The translations under genes and the position numbers were made by a program. Of a stretch of 64,000 bases of DNA, positions 34,860-49,200 are shown one piece after another. The DNA lies in contig NW_024704742.1 in the NCBI RefSeq assembly GCF_018977255.1, positions 107,882,001 through 107,946,000 on the forward strand, given 5' to 3'. The DNA comes from Callorhinchus milii. Lineage: Eukaryota. The notes beneath the pieces are model-generated. The model made no database searches, had not been told where the DNA came from, and saw nothing but the letters and a program-made list of their open reading frames with translations. How positions within the stretch are numbered: position 1 is the first letter of the stretch; each line of letters opens with the position of its first letter.

Positions 34860-35945
34860 ATTTTCCGCTCTGGTTTGATTCCTATCTCTCTCACTGTCTC
34901 CACTTTGTTGCCTCTAACGGTTTCTCCTCCAGCCCCCGAACTGTCACATCTGGTGTCCCCCAGGGCTCTGTCCTTGGCCCTCTCTTTAATATCTACATGT
35001 TCCCTCTTGGTGACATCATCCGCAGACATAGGGTCAACTTCCTCATGTATGCGGATGACACCCACCTCCATCTTTCTGCCTCCATCCTCAACCTGTCGGA
35101 CATCAAGTCCTGGATGAGGAAAATTTCCTACAGCTGAATGTGAACAAGACTGAGGCCCTCCTGATTCGCTCGTGCCAGTGCCTCAGCACCTCAGGCTCTG
35201 GCAGCATCATCCTCCATGGTTGCACACTACAACTCATCAAGCCAGTCAGGAACCTAGGTGTCTTGTTTAACCCTCAACTGTCTTTTCTTCTCCACATCCC
35301 GTTCTGCCTTCCGTCACCTCCGTAACATCACCCGACTCCACCCCTACCTCACCCCTCAGGCCACTGAAACTCTTGTTCATGCCTTCATCACCTCCAGGCT
35401 CGACTATGCAAACGCCCTACTTGTCAACCTTTCCAACTCCTCCCTCCACAGGCTGCAGATAATCCAGAACTCTGCAGCCCGTGTCCTCTCCCGCACCAAA
35501 CTCCGTGACCCCATCTCCCCCACTCTCGCCCGACTCCACTGGCTCCCTATCCTTCAGAGGATCCAGTTCAAAATCCTGGTCCTCATACAAAGCTCTCCAT
35601 GGCCTCGCCCCACCCTACCTCTGTTACCTCCTAACCCCCTACCAACCTGCCCGTTCCCTCTGCTCAGCCGGCTCTGGCCTGCTCCACGTCCCCCGACCCA
35701 CCTGCCCCACCATTGGCAGGAGCCTCTGCCCCCAACCTCTGGAATTCCATCCCCCAGTCACTCTGCCTCGTCCCGTCCTTAGCCTCCTTCAAGTCCTGCC
35801 TCAAGACCCTCCTCTTCGACCATACCATTGGCCACCCCCCTTCCCCTCCCCTCCTTTCCCCTCCCGACCCCAGCTCGGGTCTGAAACGCTGTACTCTATC
35901 CAGCGCCTTGGGATGTCCTTCCATGGAATCTTGTTGTGGTTGTTG
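34860..35945 (+). mobile_element. L2-clade LINE, 5'-truncated, frameshifted
   Basis: [33 protein letters not shown] and tail. Confidence 0.92.
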
Positions 35946-36029
35946 TTGGTTGTTGTTGACCTTTTCATTTGGTTTCCAAAAAGGAATATTTCTATTCAGT
36001 CCTAGTCTTGACCTGCATATAGAATTTCA

Positions 36030-36350
36030 CAAGATCACAGGAAAAGTTCAGATTAAGAAGGCCTTACAGCCCATTTGATCTCATGCTTCTTGCTGTCGTC
36101 CTGTCACAGCGTCAAATTGTTTTTAAATGTGTCCAGTGTCATTGACTCAACCACCCACCCTGGCTTCCTGGCCTCCTGTTCCAGTCATTAATTATCCTCT
36201 GGGTAAAGAAATACTTTCTGGTGTCTGTCCTGAAAGGGCCTTTTGCAACTCTCCGTGCGAGTGTGCCGTTTAATGTGTGGAACAGCGTAGCCAGGAAGAT
36301 GGTCAAGTGGATAATGTCTGCAAATTCAAAAAGGAACTGCATAGATTAGT
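36030..36350. mobile_element. CR1 3' fragments in opposite orientations
   Basis: - strand RKYFFTQRIINDWN; + strand NVWNS...FKKELHR remnant. Confidence 0.6.
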
Positions 36351-37019
36351 GATTTGTGCCAAAAGAAGCGAGTGAAAGATTTTAGCCATTTTTGGAACTT
36401 TGGGATAAACCAAATGAATGCACTTTCAGTCAACAGTTTAAAAATACTCTTTCCACCTTAAATAATAAGCAAATATTTAGTGATATGAATAGTTAGGTGA
36501 TTCACAGGTATCAGGTGATTATGCTTCTCCCTGTTTTCATTTACCCTCTTTTGGGTCCCACATCACATGCCATTTCCTGTCAAGAAAGTGCACAGGTGGT
36601 CAACTCCAAGGGCATTAATATTTTTATGTACATGTTTTTATTTTCTCAAACCTACTTCTGCACATATTAGGATGTCTCTGTCATCTAACCAACAAAATAG
36701 GCTGTAATCTTAACAAGATAGTTGTGAGGAAAGCCTGAGATCCAGGACTGAGTTTAGAGATGAAATTCAGAAACTGTGTCCACAGATGAACAGTCAGTGA
36801 CTTACATAAACCACGAGGCGGCAGCATAGCACCACTTTTCAAAGAGCAATCAAATTTGAAAAATGCCACGGCGAGTAACTGCTGGAGTTACAATAGATTC
36901 TGTTGTTGAATGTGTTTCTGTAAATCTGTCTCTTAAATACCAGCAGTGTTCATTGAAGAGAAGCCTTGTCTTGATATTTTACTGCATTGTTAGTTGTAAG
37001 GCTGTGCTCTCTCACTCTC

Positions 37020-37390
37020 AACAACTTGCGTTTACACAGTTCCCTTCATGCAGGATAGCTTCCCAGAGCACTTGACAGTGACGGAGTCTGACCCTGAGCC
37101 AGGGGGAGGGGGGAGGTGACCATAAGCACGATCCAAAAGCAGGTCCCTTGGCGGGACCTGAAAGTGGGAAGGGAGGGGGCAAGATGGAAGGATTGAGGGA
37201 GAGAGTTCCAGAGTTGCGGGTCATAGTGGCTGAAGGGATGGCCACCGATGGTGGAATGGAGGGGATGAGGGACAAACAGGAGGCTGAAGCCAACAGAGGA
37301 GGGCATTGGAATAGTCCAGCCGGGAAGTGATGAAGGCGTGGATGAGGGTTTCAGCTGCTTTGATTGTGAGGTACGGACGGAGGCGGGCAA
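37020..37390 (-). mobile_element. L2 3' fragment
   Basis: ARLRPYLT...[21 protein letters not shown]. Confidence 0.82.
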
Positions 37391-37704
37391 CACACACACA
37401 TGTACACATACACATGTATATACGTGATTCCTCATATTGTGCAGTGATTTCCTAGCATCAATCAAGCACTGACAGAAAGGAGGATAAGACATTTTCCCAC
37501 AAAAGGTCGAAAGAGAACTGAGCGAATAAGTCAAGGCAAGGCATTTGCATATGGTCTGACACCCTGATAGGCGATAGTGATCTGTGGTCATCTTCCCTCC
37601 CTCCCCCCAGTCATCCCTCCCTCTAGCTCAGGTGCCCAGTCAGCTGCGTGAAGTGCTTTGAGATGTCCTCACAAAGTGAAAGGCGCTATATTAAATGTAA
37701 ATTA

Positions 37705-37981
37705 TTAATAATAATAATCTTTGCATTTGATACCTTCTAGATGTATCAAAGCACTTCACAGAATATACTGTAAAGTGAATTGACTGTATATTTGTGGGCG
37801 AAACACAGCAGCCAATTGCGCACAGCAGTGTTCCACACACAGTCGTGGTTTGAAGTGACCAATTTATTATTGTATTTTTTCTTGAGGGATTATTATCAGG
37901 AAACTTGTCCAAGGTTTTGCCCTGCCAGGAATCAAACGCAGGTCTTGCGCTTGCGAGGCAAGTGCTCTAACCACTGAGCTA
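37705..37981 (-). mobile_element. tRNA-Ala SINE
   Basis: Reverse head, core and (TAA)n tail. Confidence 0.85.
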
Positions 37982-38489
37982 ATTTGTACTGTAAACAGAG
38001 GAGCGGTTTCTTCTCTGTCCTCTCAGTTGAAAAAGAGGCATGAAGTGAACAGTGAATGTGGAGAGAGTATAAATGAATAGAATGAGGAGAGACTTAGTTT
38101 TCAACTCTCCCACTGCAGTGTGCAAAGATGAACCTCTTGGCTGTGCTGTAAATGTTTTTTGCAAACCTCCCAGTTACTTATATAAAAGTATGTTAAACTC
38201 AACTTGAAATCACTAAGCAGGTGCTTTTCATAATTTCAGGATTGCAGCTGTAGGTTACACCCTACATTCATTCATCTGCTGATTTGGAGATATTCTAATC
38301 AATAAATGTAAACATTAAAATCTACAGGAGAAAGCGAAATGTTTCTGCCACGCTCTCACCCTGGTTCCCTTTGCAAGCAGGATGTTATTGATTGTATAAT
38401 ATGTTATGCCACCAGTGTTTTGTGTTACTTCAGCCTCTGCAATAAAAATGCTGTTCAAAATCTATTGATTGCAAAACTGCACTGCCCTG

Positions 38490-38860
38490 TAATAATAATA
38501 TAATAATAATCCTTGCATTTGATGTAGCGCTCTTCACGTCTTCTAGACGTCTGAAAGAGCTTCACAGAATATGCTGTAAAGTGAATTGACCGTATGTTTG
38601 TGGGCGAAACGCGGCAGCCAATTGCACACAGCAGTGTCCCACAAACAGTCGTGGATTGAGAATGACCAATTTATTATTGTTTTGTTTTGGAGGGATTATT
38701 ATAGTATACAGTAACAATAATACTTACATTTGATTTAGCACCTATAACGTGGACACATCTCGAAGCGATTCACAGATAATTCCTCTGAAGTGTAGTGACT
38801 GTGTATTTGTGGGCAAACACTGCAGCCAATTTATGCACAGCAATGCCCAACAAACAGAAT
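38490..38860 (-). mobile_element. Two tandem SINE 3' fragments
   Basis: Shared GCAGCCAATT.GCACAGCA.TG.CC..CAAACAG core. Confidence 0.8.
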
Positions 38861-39545
38861 GATCAGTTTTTCTGGAGGATTGTTAGATCAGGAGAGTGAC
38901 TTGGATAAGGAGAGTGACTTTGCTGGGTAAAATTCTTCAAACGATCATGTACAAAAATGAAAGCAGTTTGTTGAAGGAATGGTCCTGTAATTTTATGGCA
39001 ATACTTGAGGACAAGGTGATTCTAAGGCTTATCGTGCAGTATTCCTTTAATGACATCCTGTATGTCAGTGTTATGATTCTTTATCCAGTGGTTGTGTTTG
39101 AATAACCTTTTACTGGAGCTCATGAAAGACAAACACATTACAAAGAATGTCATAAATCATAGATAGGCCTGAGTATGTGAGGGTGACTCGCAAGCGCACA
39201 GACCTCTTCTGGGGAATCTCATTTCACATATGACCTTGCAAAACCAGAGAAAATGTGTAGTTTTAAATAAGATGATTAAATAAGGGTCACATTTTGTGAA
39301 AAGGCGAGAGTGACCTCATCTTTTCCACCACCTGAGCCGCTGTGCAAAGCTCAGCACACATTCTCTTTACAACAGAAAATGTGAAGAGTTAGTATCAGCC
39401 TTGATACCTGATAAAATCTTTGAATTCATGTATTTTTAAATGAAGACAAACTCATATCCACACAAACCCCTCGCCTGTCTGCAAATATACATAGGTACAA
39501 ACACATATTACATATCCATAAATGCTTATCATAGAATCATAGAAT

Positions 39546-39866
39546 TATAATAATAAATAATAATCCTTCATTTGATTTAGCACTTTTCATGTCTTCTCAA
39601 CAGCTCAAAGCGCTTCACAGAATACACTTTAAAGTGAATTGACCATATTTTTGTGGGCGAAACGCGGGAGCCAATTGCGCACAGCAGTGTCCCACAAACA
39701 GCCGTGGATTGGAAATTGCCAATTTTTTTTTGATTTTGTAGGGATTATTATTAGGCTCTGTGTGGAGTAAGGAAACTTGCCCAAGGTTTCGCCCTCTGCC
39801 TGGAATTGAACCCAGGTGTCTCGCTTGCAAGGCGAGTGCTCTAACCACTGAGCTACAGGACTCCAC
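39546..39866 (-). mobile_element. tRNA-Ala SINE (short type) inserted into the (AGAATCAT)n tail of a CR1 (39530-40120, - strand)
   Basis: Full-length SINE flanked by ATAGAATCATAGAAT and CAGAATCATACAGCACAGAAGGAGG. Confidence 0.88.
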
Positions 39867-41015
39867 AGCTCAGCACAGAATCATACAGCACAGAAGGAGG
39901 TCATTCGGCACATCGTGTCTGTGCCGGCTCTTTGAAAAGAACAGTAAATCAATCCCACTCCCCCGCTCTCTCCCCATAGCCCCGCAAACTTGTCCTCGCC
40001 AAATAATTATCTACTTCTTTCTTGAAAGTTGTTATCGAATCAGCTTCCACCACCCTTTCACTCAATGAATTCCAGATCCGAACAACTCACTGTATGAAAA
40101 AAATTCTCCTCATCTCCCCTTGTATACACAAATGTAACTACAATTGTACAAATACATACATACATACACATAGACATTCACAAACAGATGGAAATGTTTA
40201 AGTTGTGATTTAGTGATGTTCTTTCCCACACCAGGCTCTGCAAGCTCATCACCCCTATCCCTCGCTTGGCTCCATTGGCTCCTAACCCCTAGTCAGCTGA
40301 TTGAAGTGTTTTGAAACATCCTCCCTATGCAAAAGACACTGTGTAAAAGTATTTTTTTGTTATTCAGGCCTGTGTGCAACAGTGTTTGCAAACAATGTAG
40401 TACAGTCCTTCTTAAAACCCTAAACCAACATTGAGACATTGGTGAAAACTAATGCAATATTGTCTTTCAGTACATCTGCCAAAACTGAATGGGCTATCTT
40501 TAAATTAAAAAAAATTATAATAATCTTTGCATTTGATATATTGGAGTCGAAAGGTGAGAATTGGGCCCTACTTTGCTGTTAGCAGCAATTCAATGTGAAA
40601 ATAGCACTGAGTTATTGAGAAAAGGTGTTTGAAGTCTGTTTCGCACCATCTTTGTATATCAGAAACACTCAAACCACCGGTGAATTTAATGCAAGATATT
40701 CTGTGACATTCCAGGGAGGTAAAACTCATTTCATGCTTCATTATTTATAACCCTTTTATTGGTTGCACAATTTGTCGGAATTATCCACAATCCTTCCTAT
40801 GTTAAAATAAATGATGCATTGCTGTTGCCAACAGAACCCACAGGGCGATGCTCTAGTTTGTAATTACTATGATTTGACTGCACTGCCATATTTCTCATGA
40901 TCAGAATCAGAGGAAATTGATTGCCTGTTTTTTCCGTTCTGAATTTTGATGACTTTGAATATTAACTTTATTTTCTGTAACTTCTTATTAAACCTTTGTT
41001 TAGCCTTTTAATGTT

Positions 41016-41372
41016 TGGAGTCCTGTACCTCAGTGGTTAGAGCACTCGCCTCGCAAGCGATTCGATTCCCGGCAGGGCGAAACCTTGGGCAGGGTTCCTT
41101 ACTCCACACGCCTCTGTTTACTTAACAGTAAGTAGGAACCCGGTTGTTAGTTGATTGGCAGATCGCTTTTCTGGGGGTAATAATTGCTTCAAAAAAAAAT
41201 TGGTCACTCAATCCACAACTATTTGTGGGACACTGCTGTGCGCAATTGGTTGCTGTGTTTCGCCCACAAAATATTCAGTCAATTCACTTTACAGTATATT
41301 CTGTGAAGCGCTTTAAGACGTCTCGAAGACGTGATAAGGTGCTATATCAAATGCAAGGATTATTATTATTAT
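41016..41372 (+). mobile_element. tRNA-Ala SINE (long type)
   Basis: Head, CTCTGTTTAC...AGTAAGTAGGAACC core and tail. Confidence 0.88.
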
Positions 41373-41739
41373 AATGCTTGTTTTGAAACCCATCTGGCTG
41401 TCAGAATCCTAGAAACTTTATATTAATCCTTGCATTTGAAATAGTGCCTGTAATACTAATATCTTAAAACCTCACAGGGAATTGCTGTCAAATGCCCTCG
41501 CTGGCTGTATGTGTAGGCAAACAGAACACAATTTGTGTAAAGCACAGTCCCAAAACTGCCATAAGGTGAATAACCCAATTTATCTGCAGGATTAGTTTGT
41601 GTTTACAGTGCAGATGGGAGTCCATTTAGCCCTTCGTGTTTGTTCCTTTGTGTGTGTGCTGGTACCGGCTCTCAGATACTACAAATCTAATCCCGTTTCT
41701 CTGCTCTTTTCCCATAACCTAGAAAATCACTTTTTCCTC

Positions 41740-42080
41740 AAGCAATTACTGTAAACTATAGTGACTGTTTTTGTGAGCAAACGCTTCAAACCATTTTGCA
41801 CACAGTACAAGTTCCACATACAGCCATGACCAATTTATTTGGAGGATTGTTTGCCAGGACATGAGGCAAAACTCCCTTCTCTTTTTAAATTGTGTAATGG
41901 GATTTATAACATCCACCTCGATACAGATGGGACCTTAGTTTTACGTTTCATCCAAAGAATGCAGTGTTCTTCCAAAACTACACTTCAGTGTCATCCTAGT
42001 CTGTAAATTTAAGTCCCAACGTAGAGGCTTGAAAGCTTAAACTTCTGAGCCGGGGTGAGAGTTCTACCAACTGAGCCAAG
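41740..42080 (-). mobile_element. Decayed Deu/SacSINE1-like SINE
   Basis: ATGGGATTTATAACATCCACCT...TTCTACCAACTGAGCCA. Confidence 0.65.
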
Positions 42081-42974
42081 AGGACAGCTATGTAGTTGCC
42101 ACACCAACCAAGGAGACAGACTCTGGAAAGGAGAAGTGTCTCTGAGTCACTTTCACACTCAGTGTGATTGCTGAAGTCCTGGGGGTCATGTTGCCGCTCA
42201 GCCCACCTCATTGCCACATTCTGTGTGCTGTCTAAAAGGGGAGTTTACCCTGAAATAAACAACTAGCTATGTGAGGGCAGCTAATAAGTTTCTTCTTTCA
42301 AATAGCTTAGCTCGTCTTCCTGCTGCAATTTGGCAGAAACAGGAATCTGGAAGTACAAGTGGGTTGACATTCCAACTGGGTAAAGAATTATTCTTTTTAT
42401 GTGGTATTTTAAGAACTACAGAAAACCAACTTCAACATTAAGACTGAATTCAACAATTTCCAAAATTCTTCAAGCTCTTAAAAATGCTGTAAGTCTAGAC
42501 CCAAGTGGAATTTCTCTCCTCAAATTATGGAGAAATGAAGGTTGCCTCCTAACACTTTACTGCAATATCGAGTAGTTTTATGATTCAAATGGCCTTTTCC
42601 GATTACTATACATACTCTTATTCCGTACCTACTTGTATTTCTTAATAGCAGTGACCCAATATTAAATACAAGATTCATACACTCAAAACACATATTCAGC
42701 TACATTATTCTTCAAAAAATTGCTAGTGCTATGAAACCAATATTTTAAATGCTTAACATGTTAGTGAAACTAGATGATTTCAGGAACACGCAAAACTTAT
42801 GAGACTTTGTGACCCATGTCTTCTCCTAAAATTAGAAAAACACCAATATTTATTCTCTATAAATCACATCCTTCTAAACAAAAATCTATATACTGTAGTT
42901 CCCTTTAGAATTTGCTGACACTGTCAATGTTCCTGTTGTATTATTCTTTTAAATGTGTGCATTTAGGCCCTGAC

Positions 42975-43330
42975 CTCTGGGTCAGGTGTTTGTGTCCAAG
43001 CTTCACATTGGGACTGCAACTCACTGTCTAGGCTGACACTCCAGTTCATTACTAAGGGAGCACTGTATCGTCAGAGATTCGGTCTTTCCGAGGAGACATT
43101 GAACCAGCTACTGTCTGTCAGCGGGCATTATGACCCTATTCAAAAAGGGCGTTTATCCCAATGTCTTGGCCAACAATCCTCTAGATTATTTTCACCTCAT
43201 TGCTGTTTGTCTGACTTTGCTGGGGCAAATGCCTACCGTGATTCCTTACAGAATCAGTCACTACAATTAACAGTAATTAACCTGTGAGATATTTCTGTGC
43301 AATAAGGCACTAGAAAAATACAGGCATTCT
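42975..43330 (+). mobile_element. Decayed Deu/SacSINE1-like SINE
   Basis: TCTAGGCTGACACTCCAG...ACTAAGGGAGCACTG...GAGACATTGAACC. Confidence 0.65.
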
Positions 43331-43499
43331 TTCCAAACCACTATCATTTTATTGAAGATGTCCGTTTATAGATGAGGAACCCAGCCCTCAAACAAACACA
43401 TGGATGGAGTAAAACACACACACAATCACCATACAATTGTCCCCAAACACAAGCAAAACGTGCTGCAGTTCTTGCGAATATCAATGTAAGAAGTAGACA

Positions 43500-45551
43500 G
43501 TAGCCATGTATTTCCTAACACAATTTTAATGCACGTTTCATTTTATCAGCACGTTTGACTTCAACAGCGATTTTCTTTTAAAATATACAAACTTGCAGGT
43601 CTCTTTACTTCAGTGGCTTAGGAATGGTAGCCAGGTACAAAAGCACATGGTAAAAGAGTTTGAGGAGAGTCTGACACACTGCCAGAATCTGTTAAATTTC
43701 ACTGAAAGGAGAAAACCAGAGAGTGGGGGGGTGGGGATGTTCAGGGCTCAACATTAGCTTTCTGGGATACTCACTCATCAAGTGATCTAAGATTTCCACT
43801 CAAGTCCAGCTGAGAAAATACTTTTACTTCAGGCCCAATAAGCGTGCTTAATGATGGTGGAAGGATTACAGGAATCCAGTTTGTGAACTCCATTTGGAAT
43901 GAAAATGCCACCATTAGTCCTCAAGATAGACCGGACAAATAATTCTACTGTACACTTTAATGGGGAGCCCTGAAAATGCTCTTCAGTTTGCCTTTATCCC
44001 TGATAAAAATGATCCAGATACATTGTATGAATAAACCAGATATTTTGAAGGGCTTTTCTGCAACAGGAGTAGGTGAAAGTTGTACATGTCTGGGAGAAAT
44101 GAATCCAAGGAAAAGTAAAACAAGTGATATGGTCACTGGACAACAAAGCAATTAGCGGATTCATTAATGCCACCCTAACCTTTTCTGAGCCTGCCTGTGG
44201 GAAAAGCTGCATGAATTCATTCATATACATATGCAAGAACATTTATCTCAAGAGTACACAGCATTTTGATGAGACCAATTTGCGTTTGGCAGATTATATT
44301 TAGCAAGAACTCATTTCCACCTGACCTTTATATTTCCAATTTAGACCTCTATCTAGGATCATGAACGAGGACCCAATATTGCCTCACTGCTGCTCTACTG
44401 CACTGGTTTACTTTGCACTGCAGAAGTCACGTAGATTGATATATAAAACAAGAACTCAAAGGCGGCACAGCATCTTGGTGCTCCAATGCGATTGAGCTAG
44501 GTGTGCAACTATGACTTCCTCACATCTGAGTGCCCCATTGTGGCCAATTCTGGAGATGTTACTGAGTGAGAGTAGGAATCACAGTGAGGACTCCCCTGCC
44601 CAGGCTCTTACAGGAGTCACATCCAGACTGACGGAAGCTCAGGGCCAATTCTCGCAGCCCATCTGTCAGTCCGGGATTGGCATGTGGTCTGAGAGGAACT
44701 CAAAAGACAAAGGAGAAAAATTAAGTGCAACAGAACTGGATACTTCCATTACTGTTAAGCCGTAAGATATAGTTAACCATGCAAATGTCACAAGATAACA
44801 CATTTACTGGTCTAGGGAAAAAAAGTCTTCTACGGCAGTAGCTTTTAAAACATTCAGTCCAATATCGACCTTCTGCTGTTTTTTTTTTTAAAAAACATGT
44901 TTTCAACCAACACAACCATAATTCTAAAAGGCATAAACAATCCCTCTTCTACAATCACATATTTAGTTTGTAATCACTGCTGACCTGAACACTGAAGTAA
45001 CTCAAGTGCAATCCACGAGGTGGCACCACACTCACAGCAGAGTGAACACACCAGAAGTAGTATGGAATCTGCTCTTATGTTCATCTTAGCTAGCAGGACA
45101 TTTATAAATAAGTTAACTATTTACATATTTAGACAATTCACTCCTTACACATAAACATTTCTATTTCATGACCCAAGAAGCACATCTGGAAATCCTGCTG
45201 CGACCGTATACCAAATGTTTTGTTTTGAAAAGTTGACAGGACAGACAGCGAAGTAAATCATAGCCATTTACCGGTAGCCATTTTAAGTGTCAGTAAGTGG
45301 AAACATAAAGTGCCCTTTGTAACAACAGACCCTACTGCGGGGCATCACAACTCATACACAACTTGCAAAAACTTTTGACAAAATAAGTACACAACATCCA
45401 ACTTCATATGAACTTACGTAACAAATGACACAATATGTACAATCTCACACTTGCTCAGGATTGCCATCCCTTCATATATACTGTATATACATATATACTT
45501 TTCTGAATATATTATAACAATATATATTTAATATTTTTATAAACAAAAAAA
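43500..45551 (-). other. RGMB: RGMB 3' UTR (end uncertain)
   Basis: TE-free stretch after the stop codon; candidate signals ATTAAA (43530-43525) and AATAAA (43353-43348) on the - strand. Confidence 0.5.
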
Positions 45552-46217
45552 CTACAAAAACACAATCACAACAAAAGAAAGCAGTCCAACAGAAACGGCA
45601 AATAATGCTGTGTCGCTTCGGGTTCCACCGTTGCTCTTGGGAAAGATATGCCAGCGCTCTCTCTTTGGGTGCAATGTCTCCAGGTCTTTGAGAGCACTGT
45701 AAGCTGCTGATGTAAAGTTTGCATCTCCGGTCGTCAGCAGGTCGAAAACACAGGAGTGAAAATAGACGTCCTTTACTTGGATTTTCTCATAGCATTTGGC
45801 TGTTGCGTTTTCTAACGTGTAAGAACTCCTCCACTGATTGTGGGGAAGCTGCAGGTGGCTTTGACTACTGGCCGGAAGAGGGAGATGGCCACCTTCGTCA
45901 ATGCGTTCATTCGTTGGGCAGCCACGGGCACAGAGTTGCAGTCCTTGGTTGTCATTCTCAGACAGGGCCAATTCCTCAGGCATTCTCAACGCAAAGGTTA
46001 AATAGCGTCCCACTTGGCGCACAATGACTGTCATTCCTATGTACTTTGCGTGCACCTCCACGTGTTTGCCATTGGCTTTCTCTACGATCCACAAACTCTT
46101 TACCCAACCATTTCCTACTGTTGTACCATCGATGAAGGCTGCAGGCAGGTCATCTGTCCTCGCTTGGTAAACCTTCTGATCTGTGCAGTCGTGATAGGTT
46201 TTGAATATGATGGTTAT
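45552..46217 (-). CDS. RGMB: RGMB last coding exon ([19 protein letters not shown]...GPI signal)
   Basis: tttcag|ATA on - strand; TAG at 45554-45552. Confidence 0.96.
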   Translation of the reverse strand: MTIIFKTYHDCTDQKVYQARTDDLPAAFIDGTTVGNGWVKSLWIVEKANGKHVEVHAKYIGMTVIVRQVGRYLTFALRMPEELALSENDNQGLQLCARGCPTNERIDEGGHLPLPASSQSHLQLPHNQWRSSYTLENATAKCYEKIQVKDVYFHSCVFDLLTTGDANFTSAAYSALKDLETLHPKRERWHIFPKSNGGTRSDTALFAVSVGLLSFVVIVFL

Positions 46218-49200
46218 CTGAAAGAAATGAAGCCGTGCACACTCAGTATACAATAACAGACATCACACCGAACAGCTGAACAAATCACGTCAAGTGTTGA
46301 TCACTGCAGAGAAGATATTATTCGTACACTGCTGAGCAATATTTGACAGACTCGCACCAAATTTCTTTCCTTTTAAAATGTGTGCACTTTTCAATGAATC
46401 AAACAAAAAATATTTAGTTTTTTTTTAAAAAAAGAACAATTACAGAAATGACACCTCTATTTGAAAATGATGCACATTTGGAAATTTAAAACCATCAGGG
46501 GGGTGAAAAATAATGTGGTCCAACCTGCCAGGTTTCCCTGCTCTTTTCAGGTTCACACGCTCGCTTCAACTGTGAAAAGTGCAGAAAAGCCAGCACAGGG
46601 TGTGAACACAACAGAGTGACCTGCTTAAATGGGCTTCGCTCCAGGATAAGAGAGCAATCCATGATCGTGGGGTTGGTGGTGGAAGCAAAAGTAAAATATA
46701 TGATTGCCCTCAAGCTGTGGTCTGATTTTTTTTAATATAAATGATTAGCCGCAGTTTGTTTACACAACTATCAGAAAGATCTCGACAGGGCAGCTCCTTT
46801 AAGACAGACACATACAAATCAAGCTTCACATACTTCATTTAAGTCAGTCAACCAGGTGTGAGACGCGGTAAATGATCAATCTCCTCCAGAACACAAAGGA
46901 AAAAGAATCAATGCAGCAGCTTAACCCGTTAACTGCTGTAACAATTCTGCTCCAAAGACAATATTACACCACTACAGTGAGGTCCTACTGAATTTTCTAA
47001 TTTTATTCTAAACGCTCGTCAAACGCTGAGCAGAATATTACATCCATTTCAAAGATGAAAACAGGATTCAAAGACTGCTGTGTTCAATCACTAAACACGC
47101 AGATATCTGCTTGTTTCACCAACAATATACAATCAATTTATTTTACGGTATATTCTCTGAAGCCCTTTGAGTCATCTCAACGAGGTGATAAGGGGTTACA
47201 TCAAATGGAAGGATTATTATTAAAATTTAGACTTTTTTTTTAAAAAGGAAAAACATTTTATTGTCATTTCTTTGAAATTGACGGTATCTATGTTTAAGCC
47301 CTTCAATATCCATACAGGTAACTCATTAGCTGGGTATCCGATTAGATTTACCTTAAAACCCCAATGGTAGCAGTAAATGGGATTACATTCTTTCGAGTGA
47401 CTACGGTTACTCATTTGCAAACTGATTAGGAAAAAAACTCTTTCAAACAGCATTTAACAAAGGCTGAAACAATGCAAATACTGCTTAAGGGTAGAAATTG
47501 ATGGCGTCTTGCTCACCAAAACCTTTCATGTTAAGTGAAGAAACCCTCGGAAATGTATTGAGAATGGTGCAAGGTACAATTACACAGTGTCCCTTCAAAA
47601 CGCATTTGCGAAAAAAAGAACATGGGAAGATCCAGTAAAAGATCGCAGACCGACCAAACACCACATGGGTTTGTCATGAGCATGAAATTGCCACAATTCA
47701 TATGCGCTGCTGATTTATAGAACATTGCTAACAAAATAAATAAACACTGCAATATACACTAAGATATTCTGGGAGATTCTGTGATTCATTGCTCCCCTCC
47801 CACCTCCCTCCAAGAATGATACATTCTCAAAGTCCACACTTTCACCAAAAAAAATCAATTCAAGCAACTGAAAATATTTACAAATAAAATCAGTAAAAAT
47901 ACACGGTGATCATTTTACTTTATGCTGATCTTGAATGAGGCTTTGCTTCGCAAATAACATCTAGCTTTTGCTAAGACATCATTGCTACCCTAACTCCACT
48001 GTGCAACTGGAAAGGGAAAATATACAGTGAAGTAGACTCAGTTGAATCAATCCTGATATACAAGAAACTTGCAAGATTTACAGCTGTTTATAAAGCAATC
48101 AGAGTTAATGATGAGAATTCACTCCACGCCACATTCCTATTACTACTACGATAGACCTTACCAAATGGAAATTCCACAATGTTTACATAAACTACCTTAA
48201 CTCGTACGATTTTAAAAAAAATAAATCTTTCCTCAAGTCCACCTCCAAACTTCCTGTTTTGGTGACAAAAATAATCATGGAATCATAAATTGCATTTTTC
48301 TTCCAGCATCAAATCACTTCTCTCTTCTCCCAACACACACACACACACACACATTATATTCAATCTCATAATGGGAAATAAAGTGGGATCTGTACCTTGT
48401 TTGTAGCTGTAGCACTGGATCCCTGTACAACAGGGACATTAGTCACTTGCACTGACAAGAAGTCATTGTCAATCAAGGGCCAGGCTCCCTCCACTTTGCA
48501 AGTCTGAAAATGATCCCTGAAAGTCCTGAGGTGCGGATCTCCAAACAAGCCACAGAACACATAACGGCGCGTTGACTGTTGCCCGGTGCCTGCTGCTCCT
48601 CCATAGCCCCTCGCCACCCCAGCCCGACTCTCGTAGTTACAGAAGCCCATGTTGTGGTTGACTGGAGTGGTGTCTGGGTCTGCAATCGAAGTGGGCCCGT
48701 CCCTCGAGCAGTTCCTCTGACTCATCAGGTCGGTGATGCCCAGCATGGCCGAGTGGAAAACGAGGTTACCCCGGCAAGCTTTGGCCGTGCGCTCGGTACA
48801 AAGGGCATAGGCTCGCAGGGCGGTGCAGAACTCAGAGCTGATAGCATCCGGGCCAGAGCTCAAGTGAGATGTAATAGCCACAAAATCAGTCGTGCACTTC
48901 TGGATCCTGCACTGCTGCTGATGATGATGATATTGTGGTTGTTGACAATACCCTGTGAAACACGACAAGCCATTAAAAAAAACATTAATAACTGCAACAT
49001 CAATACACAAACACTACATTGTTAGGAAAACCAGTTCCTACAAAGAACTGGATACAGTCCCAATTCAATCCATCATATTTATCACAATAATTTTTTTTTT
49101 GCCAAGCAGTCTACATCTTTTCAAAGTATGGGGGGGGGGAGTGGGGGAGGAATTATTTTTTTTTAAAAAAATCTGTCTGGAAAATAAATGCACAAGAACA

